Below, in pieces: positions 45,378-53,386 of a DNA stretch of 64,000 nucleotides (the first letter of the stretch is position 1; each line of letters starts with the position of its first letter). This DNA is from a virus. Lineage: Duplodnaviria > Heunggongvirae > Uroviricota > Caudoviricetes. Under the pieces are notes generated by a model. That model made no database searches, was not told the origin of the DNA, and worked only from the letters and a program-made list of their open reading frames with translations. The translations under genes and the position numbers were made by a program. Where the stretch lies: IMG/VR virus record IMGVR_UViG_3300042922_000270; one strand, 5' to 3'.

Positions 45378-46625
45378 TTACATATTAGGTAGTAAATCTT
45401 TATGGCAAAGACTGAAGTAAGGACAATAGGTGGGTCCTTTACTACTCTGAGTAATACACATCGAACCATAACCATTAGGATCTTGTTTGATAAAGACCTT
45501 AGCGTTGATGCCCTTAATAGTACCCATCTTGTTCTTGACCACATCTATGGCCAGATCAAGATTAAACTTCGCTAGAACCAGCTTATTGGTTCGTAGGTGA
45601 TTGACTCCAATAAAGTCAGGAACCTCTCCTGTTAGCCTCCACACGGCCCACCCGTACATGAGCAACTGATTATGTCTTGCAACTTCCGACATAGCAGGTG
45701 CATCACCTTTAGATGTCTTGTGGTCAATAATAGCCAGCTTACCATCGGATGTTCTACAGATAAGGTCAATAAAACCATTGAACATAACATTGTCATCGGG
45801 ATACTCTACCTCCCCCTCACTACCAACTACCAGTTCATCATTCTCATCAACCAGCGGGAAGGTAACCTTATTATCTACACCTAAGACTTCAGGCTGACGC
45901 TTATCGTCATACCACGGTCTAAACTTACCACGACCCCTAAGAGTCTTGATATAATTACCATCTTCATCTTTTAGCTTGATGGTCGGATCGTTGGGATCTG
46001 CAGCCACTACGTTAACGCTAGAGATAGGCATCTCTACCAGCAGGACCTCAGCAATATCTTTAGGGTTCTTATACCCGAACATGATAGAGCAGGAGTGAGC
46101 AAACGTATCAGCTAGCGAGATAGCAATCCACTTGCGTGGCTGTACCTGAGCAGCTAACCTATCAATACGTCCTGCACGTTCGTCTAGCTTAAGTTCACGT
46201 ACAGCCTTCTTCCACTCAGCAGTCATCTCAGGTGACTTAGGTACTGTACCAGTACTAGTCCTAATTGCGTCCTTGCCTCCGTAAGATGAGGAAGCCCTAT
46301 GAGACAACCTACTAATATCAGATGCATAATGGTTAAGATCAGTGTAAAGTGCTTCAAGACCATCCTCTTCTAGTTCCCTCTTCCAGTTGGCCAGGAGAGC
46401 GTCATAGGGACTAGGACAATCAGGATTGAGATAAAATACTTCTAATGCTTCGTGACACTTGGATCCGATAACGGTGGCCAGACTTGAAGTATCTACCCCT
46501 GAGACCTTATCTACGTACTGATGCTTATACTGCATCGAGCACCTGTTATAGGTCTCTAGTTTGGAGTAGCTATATACAGCTACGTCCTTTATAGTTGTTT
46601 GTTTAGCCTTCTTTCTTGGCGGCAT
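45378..46625 (-). CDS. PD-(D/E)XK exonuclease, Cas4/RecB-like (probable start MPPRKK at 46625)
   Basis: SYSKL..Y..C, IG..CH..LE, GFIDLI...IIDHKT, QL..Y and C-terminal C..CPY...C motifs. Confidence 0.85.
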   Translation of the reverse strand: MPPRKKAKQTTIKDVAVYSYSKLETYNRCSMQYKHQYVDKVSGVDTSSLATVIGSKCHEALEVFYLNPDCPSPYDALLANWKRELEEDGLEALYTDLNHYASDISRLSHRASSSYGGKDAIRTSTGTVPKSPEMTAEWKKAVRELKLDERAGRIDRLAAQVQPRKWIAISLADTFAHSCSIMFGYKNPKDIAEVLLVEMPISSVNVVAADPNDPTIKLKDEDGNYIKTLRGRGKFRPWYDDKRQPEVLGVDNKVTFPLVDENDELVVGSEGEVEYPDDNVMFNGFIDLICRTSDGKLAIIDHKTSKGDAPAMSEVARHNQLLMYGWAVWRLTGEVPDFIGVNHLRTNKLVLAKFNLDLAIDVVKNKMGTIKGINAKVFIKQDPNGYGSMCITQSSKGPTYCPYFSLCHKDLLPNM

Positions 46626-47130
46626 TATTACTCTCTGAATTGAGTCTCTTGGATATAAACTCAAAGTTGCAATCCGGACAGTTGTGCTGTTCCAGATCCA
46701 TGGCTATAGTCTTACTAGAGACTACGGCACTACACGCTGGGCAAGACAGCTCTGCGCTGCTCTTCTTATCACCTAGGTAAGCCTTAGCTAGAATCTTAGC
46801 AAAGACATCCCCTCTCAGCGTTACCAGAAACCCTTGCTCTCCCCCACTCTTGGTGGGCAGAACTAAGAAGTCACTCTTATTCTTTACGTACTTGGCTTCA
46901 CACTCTTTAAAGATGGTATGGAAAGACCATCCTCCGTTCTTGTATTTACAGTCTGACTTCATGTTAGGTATCTCAGGCAGGTTCACATCATGGTCTGAAC
47001 GACCGATGTCCCCTGCACGAGAGATACGCTTAGCTTTCTTAAAGCCAACTGTCTCCAGAGTCTTGGCCCAAGCCTTCTCTAGATTCTTCCAAGCATCAGA
47101 TGTTTTACCTGATTTAGTTTTGTGTGCCAT
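46603..47130 (-). CDS. Holliday-junction-resolvase-like nuclease with a C-terminal zinc ribbon
   Basis: WKNLEKAWAK.L...D....DCK PD-(D/E)XK-like core; CPAC...CPDC. Confidence 0.6.
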   Translation of the reverse strand: MAHKTKSGKTSDAWKNLEKAWAKTLETVGFKKAKRISRAGDIGRSDHDVNLPEIPNMKSDCKYKNGGWSFHTIFKECEAKYVKNKSDFLVLPTKSGGEQGFLVTLRGDVFAKILAKAYLGDKKSSAELSCPACSAVVSSKTIAMDLEQHNCPDCNFEFISKRLNSESNNAAKKEG

Positions 47131-47434
47131 TCAGTACTTGTTCCCATATAGATTGTCTGGCTGACCGGAACCTATCATAGCCTGGCCCCCAGAAGGTGGC
47201 ATCATTACAGGTCTCTAGATAAGGGTAAGCCTTACTTAACTTCTCAGACTCTACAAAGCTGGCACACCCCAATAGACTGATCTTCTGGTCGATGTACTTA
47301 AACGCTTGGATAAGAGTTACTCTATCTTTATAATCCTTACTGGCCCAAGTGTCAATAGTCTCGTACAAAATGTCTTCGTACTGCTTAGCTAACTTAAGGC
47401 TGTCGGGGAAGGTACTGTCTATGTATCGCTTCAC
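47114..47434 (-). CDS. Hypothetical protein
   Basis: Clean GTG-start ORF coupled on both sides. Confidence 0.5.
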   Translation of the reverse strand: MKRYIDSTFPDSLKLAKQYEDILYETIDTWASKDYKDRVTLIQAFKYIDQKISLLGCASFVESEKLSKAYPYLETCNDATFWGPGYDRFRSARQSIWEQVLNGTQN

Positions 47435-48315
47435 TATTTAATCTTAATTACAGATACTCTGTTAGGATGCTTTAAGAAGGGAATACCGGCACAGCCCACC
47501 TGATAGGTATGGCTAGCAGGCCCCATTACATCTCTAATCCAGATACCAGGAACTTTACTAGGGTTCTCTCCGGGGGTTAGATATGTATACCCGACGGGCT
47601 CCGCATAGTCAGAAGCCACCACAGAGACTGTATTAGGGTCCCAGACATATCTTCTGATAAGCTTGCCATCCTTCTGCTCATCATAAAGCATTGATGTAGC
47701 TAGCACAGGAGCACCGAAGATCTCAGTTACCTTACCATCCACGACAACCATATCTTCAGTGGGATTCTCAGCTAACTGGTATGCTAAGTTAACATTCATA
47801 ATAATCTTAGCACTAGCCGGAACGTGTAGCGCAGCTAGTCTATCTAGCTCAGCCCTGATGACTGTGGGTAGGTCGTCCCTAACAACATCAAATTTGTTCC
47901 TGATGCCTGAAGCAACATATACGTTTATACCGGTCTCAGGGTCTGTATAGTCGATGTCCCCCTGGAGTAGGGTACCCCGTAGAACATCAAACATCATAGC
48001 CACATCCTCAGCTAGATGCTTGTGTGACTTGGTACCTGCACTATCCCCTTTACGGAAGTAGGCTGGGGAGATAAGCATAGTCCTAGTAACAGGAGTGCTA
48101 GATAGTTTGTTAGCCATGCCAGGTTTGATAACTCCGGTGAGCCTTAAATTGCTCTCTACCCATTCAACCTTAATGTCGTACTCTTCAATATTCTTAGTAG
48201 GAAGAATGTCCTTGAATAAAGAATACTTGTTGGCCTTGACCATAGCTTCTTCCATCTCTGCTAGAAGCTTGGGGTCGTTAATAATTTCAATATAGTCTTC
48301 GTTGTTTTGAAACAT
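47434..48315 (-). CDS. Major-capsid-protein E-like (lambda gpE/HK97-fold) homolog, shortened
   Basis: LF.DILP.K...EYDIKVE...L.G.I.PG..., ISPAYFRK, TLLQGDIDY.D...G..V...G, and C-terminal GIWI...AGIPFLKHPN.V.VIKI match the Phage_cap_E pattern as recognised by eye. Confidence 0.65.
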   Translation of the reverse strand: MFQNNEDYIEIINDPKLLAEMEEAMVKANKYSLFKDILPTKNIEEYDIKVEWVESNLRLTGVIKPGMANKLSSTPVTRTMLISPAYFRKGDSAGTKSHKHLAEDVAMMFDVLRGTLLQGDIDYTDPETGINVYVASGIRNKFDVVRDDLPTVIRAELDRLAALHVPASAKIIMNVNLAYQLAENPTEDMVVVDGKVTEIFGAPVLATSMLYDEQKDGKLIRRYVWDPNTVSVVASDYAEPVGYTYLTPGENPSKVPGIWIRDVMGPASHTYQVGCAGIPFLKHPNRVSVIKIK

Positions 48316-48329
48316 AATTAATATCTCTG

Positions 48330-48356
48330 AAAGAGGGGAGAGCCGAAGCTCTCCCC
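48330..48356 (-). terminator. Rho-independent terminator
   Basis: GGGGAGAGC-TTCG-GCTCTCCCC then TCTTT on the - strand. Confidence 0.75.
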
Positions 48357-48363
48357 AGAATAG

Positions 48364-48798
48364 TTATACGGTCTCTTCAACCTGTGAGCCTAGGTTGCTG
48401 ACAGTCTCTAGGGCCGCTAGGACCTCTACTGAAGGGCCAGGTGAAACAGCATCCTTAGGACGGATGAGTAGACCCTCTTCGGTAGCTACGACCTCTACCT
48501 CTAGCGCAGAGGCTAGAACATCAACTGAGTTGATCTTGGAGGCTGAGATGGTGATACCCTTGGTGGTGTCCTTACGGCTTAGGACGTCACCCGCCTTACG
48601 GCCCTTGCCGCGTGAAGGCTTGTCTAGCATAACCACTAGCGCAGGGTTGGCTAGCTGGTTACGGGCAGCGTATAGACAGATGTCCATATACAGAGTAGTA
48701 CGGTGCTTGTTGTACTTCTGAGCGAACTCACCTAGCCAGGTCTGGCCATTGTCGTTCATGATCTCGGTGTAGATGGACTCGATGTTGTAAGTAGTCAA
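48364..48798 (-). CDS. Hypothetical protein, possibly DNA-binding
   Basis: TTG-start ORF with core-like codon usage; basic SRGKGRKAG patch. Confidence 0.5.
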   Translation of the reverse strand: MTTYNIESIYTEIMNDNGQTWLGEFAQKYNKHRTTLYMDICLYAARNQLANPALVVMLDKPSRGKGRKAGDVLSRKDTTKGITISASKINSVDVLASALEVEVVATEEGLLIRPKDAVSPGPSVEVLAALETVSNLGSQVEETV

Positions 48799-48824
48799 AA
48801 TTTATTAAACCTGTTGTGTGAAGC

Positions 48825-49610
48825 CTATAAGAGGCTAAGTACCATTTGATAATTATCTCTGAGTGTTTCGTAGCCCATCTTATTGAGCCTACCTTCCATG
48901 ACCACTGGTACGTCCGGACGGGACTGTAGCATGTTCCAGAAGTAGCTCTGACGAGTTACGGGTGTATGATGGTCGTGTACGCCATCGTTCTCTGATATAT
49001 GAATCTCTAACAGATTCGGTAAATCTAACATATATTGGATAAGCTTGGGAGTGGCCGTACCCTGCTGTATCATGATCTGTAGGTGAGCGAAGTCCAAGAT
49101 AAATGGAATATCAGGGAACATCTGGTTAAAGATCTTCACCTCAGTCTCACTGGATAGAACAAACTTAGCTCCAGTGCGTGTAGGGTACATAGTCTCAACA
49201 GCTACCTTAGTACCGTACTGAGCAGCCATCTGGTTGACCTTGTTTATGTTCAAGATAAACTTACCAAAGGCAACCTGTCTCTTCTCATCTGAAGAGAAAC
49301 TCCCTCCATGCACCGAGTAATGAGGTGATCCTGCGCTAATACAGAACTCAAACACATTATGAAGGTATGCTTCCGGAACATCCTTACAGAGGTCTATAGG
49401 ATGACTACGGCCATCAATAGGGGCATTGTGATGAGGGATGAACTTAAAGCCCTTCTCGATGTACTTATCTAGAAGAGTAGCCGTATTCTTATCCCCAGGA
49501 GCACCTACAGATAGCTCCACGTTAGTTATGCCTGCCATCTCGAAGTCCCTGAGGGCTTCTCTAAGGGGCACACCCCCATAGCCGCTGGTGGACATGTATA
49601 GTTTAGACAC
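48825..49610 (-). CDS. TIM-barrel protein, xylose isomerase-like/AP endonuclease 2 family
   Basis: VEL, HHNAP, YSVHGG, AVETM, ILDFAH, EIHISEN...DHH and VVMEG metal-ligand strands. Confidence 0.75.
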   Translation of the reverse strand: MSKLYMSTSGYGGVPLREALRDFEMAGITNVELSVGAPGDKNTATLLDKYIEKGFKFIPHHNAPIDGRSHPIDLCKDVPEAYLHNVFEFCISAGSPHYSVHGGSFSSDEKRQVAFGKFILNINKVNQMAAQYGTKVAVETMYPTRTGAKFVLSSETEVKIFNQMFPDIPFILDFAHLQIMIQQGTATPKLIQYMLDLPNLLEIHISENDGVHDHHTPVTRQSYFWNMLQSRPDVPVVMEGRLNKMGYETLRDNYQMVLSLL

Positions 49611-49960
49611 TAGTCTATCTTTCTTTCAAACCTCAGCACGTGGCTACTGTACTGACCAATACCTAATATAATAGCCATAAGATCGCAGTCTAGATCCAAG
49701 TAGTCAATAAAGGCTTCCATATGTTCCCACTGGTCGTCTTCATCCTCTGGACCACTATCAAGTAGATACCTAATGCTGTGCTGTCTAACTCTATAAGAGT
49801 AGTCTTGATCATCGTACTCGTGAATGATAGCAATAGAGATATGAGTAACGGTAAGGTTCTCAGATAAGTTTAACCAAGTCTGAGCTTCTTTCTCGACCTC
49901 TGCCATAATAGCTTTACCAGCAGGCTTAAGGATCTTCTGGATACGCTGGTTAAGCGACAT
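49610..49960 (-). CDS. Acidic paralog array member 4 (probable start 49960)
   Basis: QTWL...V..ISI.I.HEYDDQDY...FERK. Confidence 0.55.
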   Translation of the reverse strand: MSLNQRIQKILKPAGKAIMAEVEKEAQTWLNLSENLTVTHISIAIIHEYDDQDYSYRVRQHSIRYLLDSGPEDEDDQWEHMEAFIDYLDLDCDLMAIILGIGQYSSHVLRFERKID

Positions 49961-50339
49961 CCTTAGGCTCCAAAGCATAAGGGTTGTCGAAGGTGTTACT
50001 ATACCACTCGTCTAAGAACACAGCAATGTAGTTAGCATTAGGGAGAACATAATCAATATGCTCTTTGTAGTACTCTTCAACGTCTACTTTGATCTTATCC
50101 CCACGCCAGTTCTTAGTCTCTACTTCTTCGTTTTCGTAGCCAGGGACCATATCAACAGAAACTCTGCTAACCCAGTCATAGCCACTATCGTTATATTCAC
50201 TCTCTAACTCTAGAGAGAAGGACTTTACCTTAGGACATTCTTTTAGAAGGTTATTAACACCTTCATTGAAAGCTTCCTTGAAGTCATTGGTCCACTTTAC
50301 CATTACCTTATCTAAGGTATCAAATGCATTACTTTTCAT
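49950..50339 (-). CDS. Acidic paralog array member 3 (probable start 50339)
   Basis: NLLKECPKVKSFSLELESEYNDSGY...FDNPY. Confidence 0.6.
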   Translation of the reverse strand: MKSNAFDTLDKVMVKWTNDFKEAFNEGVNNLLKECPKVKSFSLELESEYNDSGYDWVSRVSVDMVPGYENEEVETKNWRGDKIKVDVEEYYKEHIDYVLPNANYIAVFLDEWYSNTFDNPYALEPKDVA

Positions 50340-50688
50340 AAATCTTATTCTCGAAACGCCAGCTGTCCGTCTCACAGTAGTTCATAGCTACAGCTAGGGT
50401 TCCATATGTTTCCATGTGTTCGATAAAGCTCTCAGCTAGGCTCTCTAGCTCGAACTCGGATGCTCCGTCCTGGAAGGTAACGACTGACTCAGTTAGGTCA
50501 TATGGGTCTATCTGGAAGTACCCACTATAGCCCTCATCGTCATATTCTAACCGAGTATAACAATCGACACTAACTACAACAGGGTTCTTATCGAACCACT
50601 CTTGAGCATGCTCTTGTAGGAGAGCATCAATATTAGCCGACTGAACCAGATCGTTATACTTCTTATTTAGTTTCTCTATTGATTTCAT
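50329..50688 (-). CDS. Acidic paralog array member 2
   Basis: QEWFDKNPVVVSVDCYTRLEYDDEGY...FENKIY. Confidence 0.6.
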   Translation of the reverse strand: MKSIEKLNKKYNDLVQSANIDALLQEHAQEWFDKNPVVVSVDCYTRLEYDDEGYSGYFQIDPYDLTESVVTFQDGASEFELESLAESFIEHMETYGTLAVAMNYCETDSWRFENKIYEK

Positions 50689-51037
50689 TTATTGTTTCGT
50701 AGATAGGGTTCTTCAGCTGATACTCGCCAGACCAGTCACAACAAGGTCTAAGGATCTCCTCGTAGTTATAACTAAGGTACTGCTCAAGGTCATCGTCAAG
50801 CTCTTGCCACTTCTCTTTGGTCATAGGTTGATCGAGAATAGTAAAGTAATGCTTAAAGGTTGGCCTAGGCCAATACTGGAGAGAGCCTTCACTACTAAAA
50901 TCTATGTCAACACAGATTTCAGTCACATGAGGGTTCTCACGTAACCACTGTAATAGAATCTCTCTCATGAGATCTCTAGTTAGTGCATTGGCCCGATCCC
51001 GTAATGCTTCAATCTGAGCGGTGATCTCTTTAATCAT
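50663..51037 (-). CDS. Acidic paralog array member 1
   Basis: LQWLRENPHVTEICVDIDFSSEG...LKNPIY. Confidence 0.55.
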   Translation of the reverse strand: MIKEITAQIEALRDRANALTRDLMREILLQWLRENPHVTEICVDIDFSSEGSLQYWPRPTFKHYFTILDQPMTKEKWQELDDDLEQYLSYNYEEILRPCCDWSGEYQLKNPIYETINEINRETK

Positions 51038-51620
51038 GAGAGCTTCTAAAGTTGTTATTCTTGTGTGCGTCGTAGATAGCCAGTAGATCTCTATAGGCTT
51101 GTCGGTACAGACTATTAGGCTCTAGCCTAGTGTGCTGGTTACGAAGCAAGTAAGATGGATGATAGATAGGCATGACCTTTGAGTCCTGATAGTCATACCA
51201 GCGTCCTCTGAGGCGTGTAATGCCCGTACGTCCGGTAAAGTGTTGAAGAGCAAAGTTACCCACTGCAACAATGATAGTAGGCTTAATCAAATCTATCTGT
51301 TGGTCTAGGTAGGGTCTGCACTCATCTAGTTCAGCAGGCTCGGGGTTACGATTACCCGGAGGCCTACACTTAACGACGTTAGTAATATAACAGTCATGAT
51401 TGGTATCTAAGCTAACAGCCTGGAACATCTTATCTAGAAGTTGACCAGCCTTACCCATAAAGGGTTTACCTGATTCATCTTCGTCGGCTCCTGGAGCTTC
51501 ACCAACAATCATAAGTTTACTTTGGGGGTTCCCCCGGTAAAAGACTGTATTGGTCCTAGTCTTAGCTAGGTCACATTTCTGACAGGAAGCGCAAGCGCTC
51601 TCCATTTGTTCTAAGTTCAT
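51030..51620 (-). CDS. udg: Uracil-DNA glycosylase family 4 (probable start MNLEQ at 51620)
   Basis: C..C.L...RT..V...G, VGEAPG..ED..G.PF.G.AG, TNVVKCRPPGNR.P...E...C and YHPSYLLR. Confidence 0.93.
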   Translation of the reverse strand: MNLEQMESACASCQKCDLAKTRTNTVFYRGNPQSKLMIVGEAPGADEDESGKPFMGKAGQLLDKMFQAVSLDTNHDCYITNVVKCRPPGNRNPEPAELDECRPYLDQQIDLIKPTIIVAVGNFALQHFTGRTGITRLRGRWYDYQDSKVMPIYHPSYLLRNQHTRLEPNSLYRQAYRDLLAIYDAHKNNNFRSSHD

Positions 51621-51859
51621 ATTGTAAATAGTATCTCTAGGTGCTTTTCCCAAGCATAACAAGTTGTGGAATCATGTAGTTTTAGTTCGTATCTCCAACC
51701 ACACTTTTTATCATCCACGCTCAGAGGATGGATGTAGCCAGCAAATACAACCTTCCCAATAACTTCAATAGTGGTAACTTCAAAGTCGTTGGGAAGGTTA
51801 TATGCTTTTGCTAGAACTAGATCCCCATCATTAAACAGACGGGAGGTGTTCGAGGACAT
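51617..51859 (-). CDS. SH3/KOW-like family member 5
   Basis: FNDGDLVLAK...GKV...WRYEL...WEKHLEILFTI. Confidence 0.65.
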   Translation of the reverse strand: MSSNTSRLFNDGDLVLAKAYNLPNDFEVTTIEVIGKVVFAGYIHPLSVDDKKCGWRYELKLHDSTTCYAWEKHLEILFTI

Positions 51860-52526
51860 CGTGAATCTTACTGACTACAATAACGCCCGCCAGTAGGGGC
51901 TCAATCTCTGCAGACCAGGTAGTCTTGTGAGGAATGTAGATAGCACTCATGCCAGCTCTATAGGCAGGGTTAACATCTGACTTGGGGCTATTACCAATAA
52001 AGAAGCTATCACGAGCACTAGACTTGGTAGTCTTGAGTACGTCATACATCTCAAGGGTAGTCTTATGATCAAACACAAACCACCCATCTACCAGCTTATC
52101 CAGCTTGGTATCGAAGATCTTCTTCTCCTGGAACTCTACATTACCTTTGGTAACGATATACTGTTTATAGCCAAGCTTAGTCACAGCCTTGATAGTCCTA
52201 GTAGCTGAGGTAATCAACTGCACAGGCTTGGTCATAGCTGCTAGGCCAATCTGTTTGGCTTGCTCTTTAACCTTAAAGTCTGGAGTAGAGCCTACATCAA
52301 AGCATAGAGCTGTGTAGGCCTCCACCATAGAGTTACTAAACCTGAACTTATCACCAAACCCATGAGTAGCCACTGCAGTCGAGTCGATGGTCTCCATCAT
52401 AGCGTCTGCGTGGTCATAGTCAAAGCCATGATTGTTCATCAACTGGGCAAACTCTCGACGAGCATCCACGAAGGCATTATTATATGTTAGGGTCTCATCG
52501 AGATCCCAAAAGACTGTCTTATTCAT
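51831..52526 (-). CDS. HAD-superfamily hydrolase
   Basis: FWDLDETL, VTKG...Q..K and FIGNSPKSDV.PA...G. Confidence 0.9.
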   Translation of the reverse strand: MNKTVFWDLDETLTYNNAFVDARREFAQLMNNHGFDYDHADAMMETIDSTAVATHGFGDKFRFSNSMVEAYTALCFDVGSTPDFKVKEQAKQIGLAAMTKPVQLITSATRTIKAVTKLGYKQYIVTKGNVEFQEKKIFDTKLDKLVDGWFVFDHKTTLEMYDVLKTTKSSARDSFFIGNSPKSDVNPAYRAGMSAIYIPHKTTWSAEIEPLLAGVIVVSKIHDVLEHLPSV

Positions 52527-53073
52527 TTCTGTGTGCTTTAATTATGTGTGTAGCTTCAGCAAGTACTTCAGCAGGATTACCAGGAGCTAGCGTAAAGTCA
52601 GCCATATGAAGATAATCCATAAAGTGATTATAAGTCTCCATACGCTTGACGATAGACTCTTCCGAGTCACCCCTAGCTTTCATGCGATCTACCAGTTCTT
52701 GCCCATCTGTGGGCCTTAGGAACAGTGATAGAGCCTCAGGATAGATTTCCTGTAGCTGCTTAACACCCTCAGGCTCAACCACAGCAAAGGCGTCGCCCTG
52801 AGCAAGCTTATTATTAATCTCACCCTTTAGTAGCCCGTAATAGTTACCTGAGTAGCTAACATACTGAAGTAACATATCTTGGTTGATAAACGAGATAAAG
52901 TCCTCTGTAGACCTATAGTAATAGTGAACCCCCTCCTGTTCTCCAGGGCGGGGGTCTCTAGTAGTTACAGATACTGCAGGAAAGGTTTTAGGGACCGTAG
53001 CTAGAATGTTCTCAAGTAAAGTATTCTTACCCACACCAGAGGGTCCAACAATAAGGTATAGTTTATTCTTCAT
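52519..53073 (-). CDS. gmk: Guanylate kinase
   Basis: GPSGVGKNT, SVTTR.PRPGE..G.HYYY, YSGNYYG and L..R...RG.SEE.I..R. Confidence 0.93.
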   Translation of the reverse strand: MKNKLYLIVGPSGVGKNTLLENILATVPKTFPAVSVTTRDPRPGEQEGVHYYYRSTEDFISFINQDMLLQYVSYSGNYYGLLKGEINNKLAQGDAFAVVEPEGVKQLQEIYPEALSLFLRPTDGQELVDRMKARGDSEESIVKRMETYNHFMDYLHMADFTLAPGNPAEVLAEATHIIKAHRNE

Positions 53074-53386
53074 CGTCTTCTAAGTAAAACTCCGGATGTA
53101 GGAAAGCTAGTAAGGTTACCTCATCGACGTCTTCCGGATAGTTAATCATAAACTCAGCCAAAGCGCTGAGATGATCATCTGTCCATTTATTATCTAACTT
53201 TAGAGTTAGAAGGACTCGAACATAGAGCTTATAGACATGACCAGTCATAGTAACCGGTGGGCTCAGATGCTCAACGTCGTCCTCATCAATGTAAGGTAGT
53301 TGGATCTCTCTGACCTCTGTATCGTTCACCCTAAAGGTGTAAAACGTATACATTAGCCAAAAGAATAGTTTCTGTATTAAATTCAA
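53063..53386 (-). CDS. Hypothetical protein
   Basis: Clean ORF; acidic C-terminus. Confidence 0.5.
   Translation of the reverse strand: MNLIQKLFFWLMYTFYTFRVNDTEVREIQLPYIDEDDVEHLSPPVTMTGHVYKLYVRVLLTLKLDNKWTDDHLSALAEFMINYPEDVDEVTLLAFLHPEFYLEDDEE

Noticed and set aside
45378-46664. Cas4 as part of a CRISPR-Cas locus
   Set aside because: No other cas genes or array are present in the window, and the context is recombination and replication.
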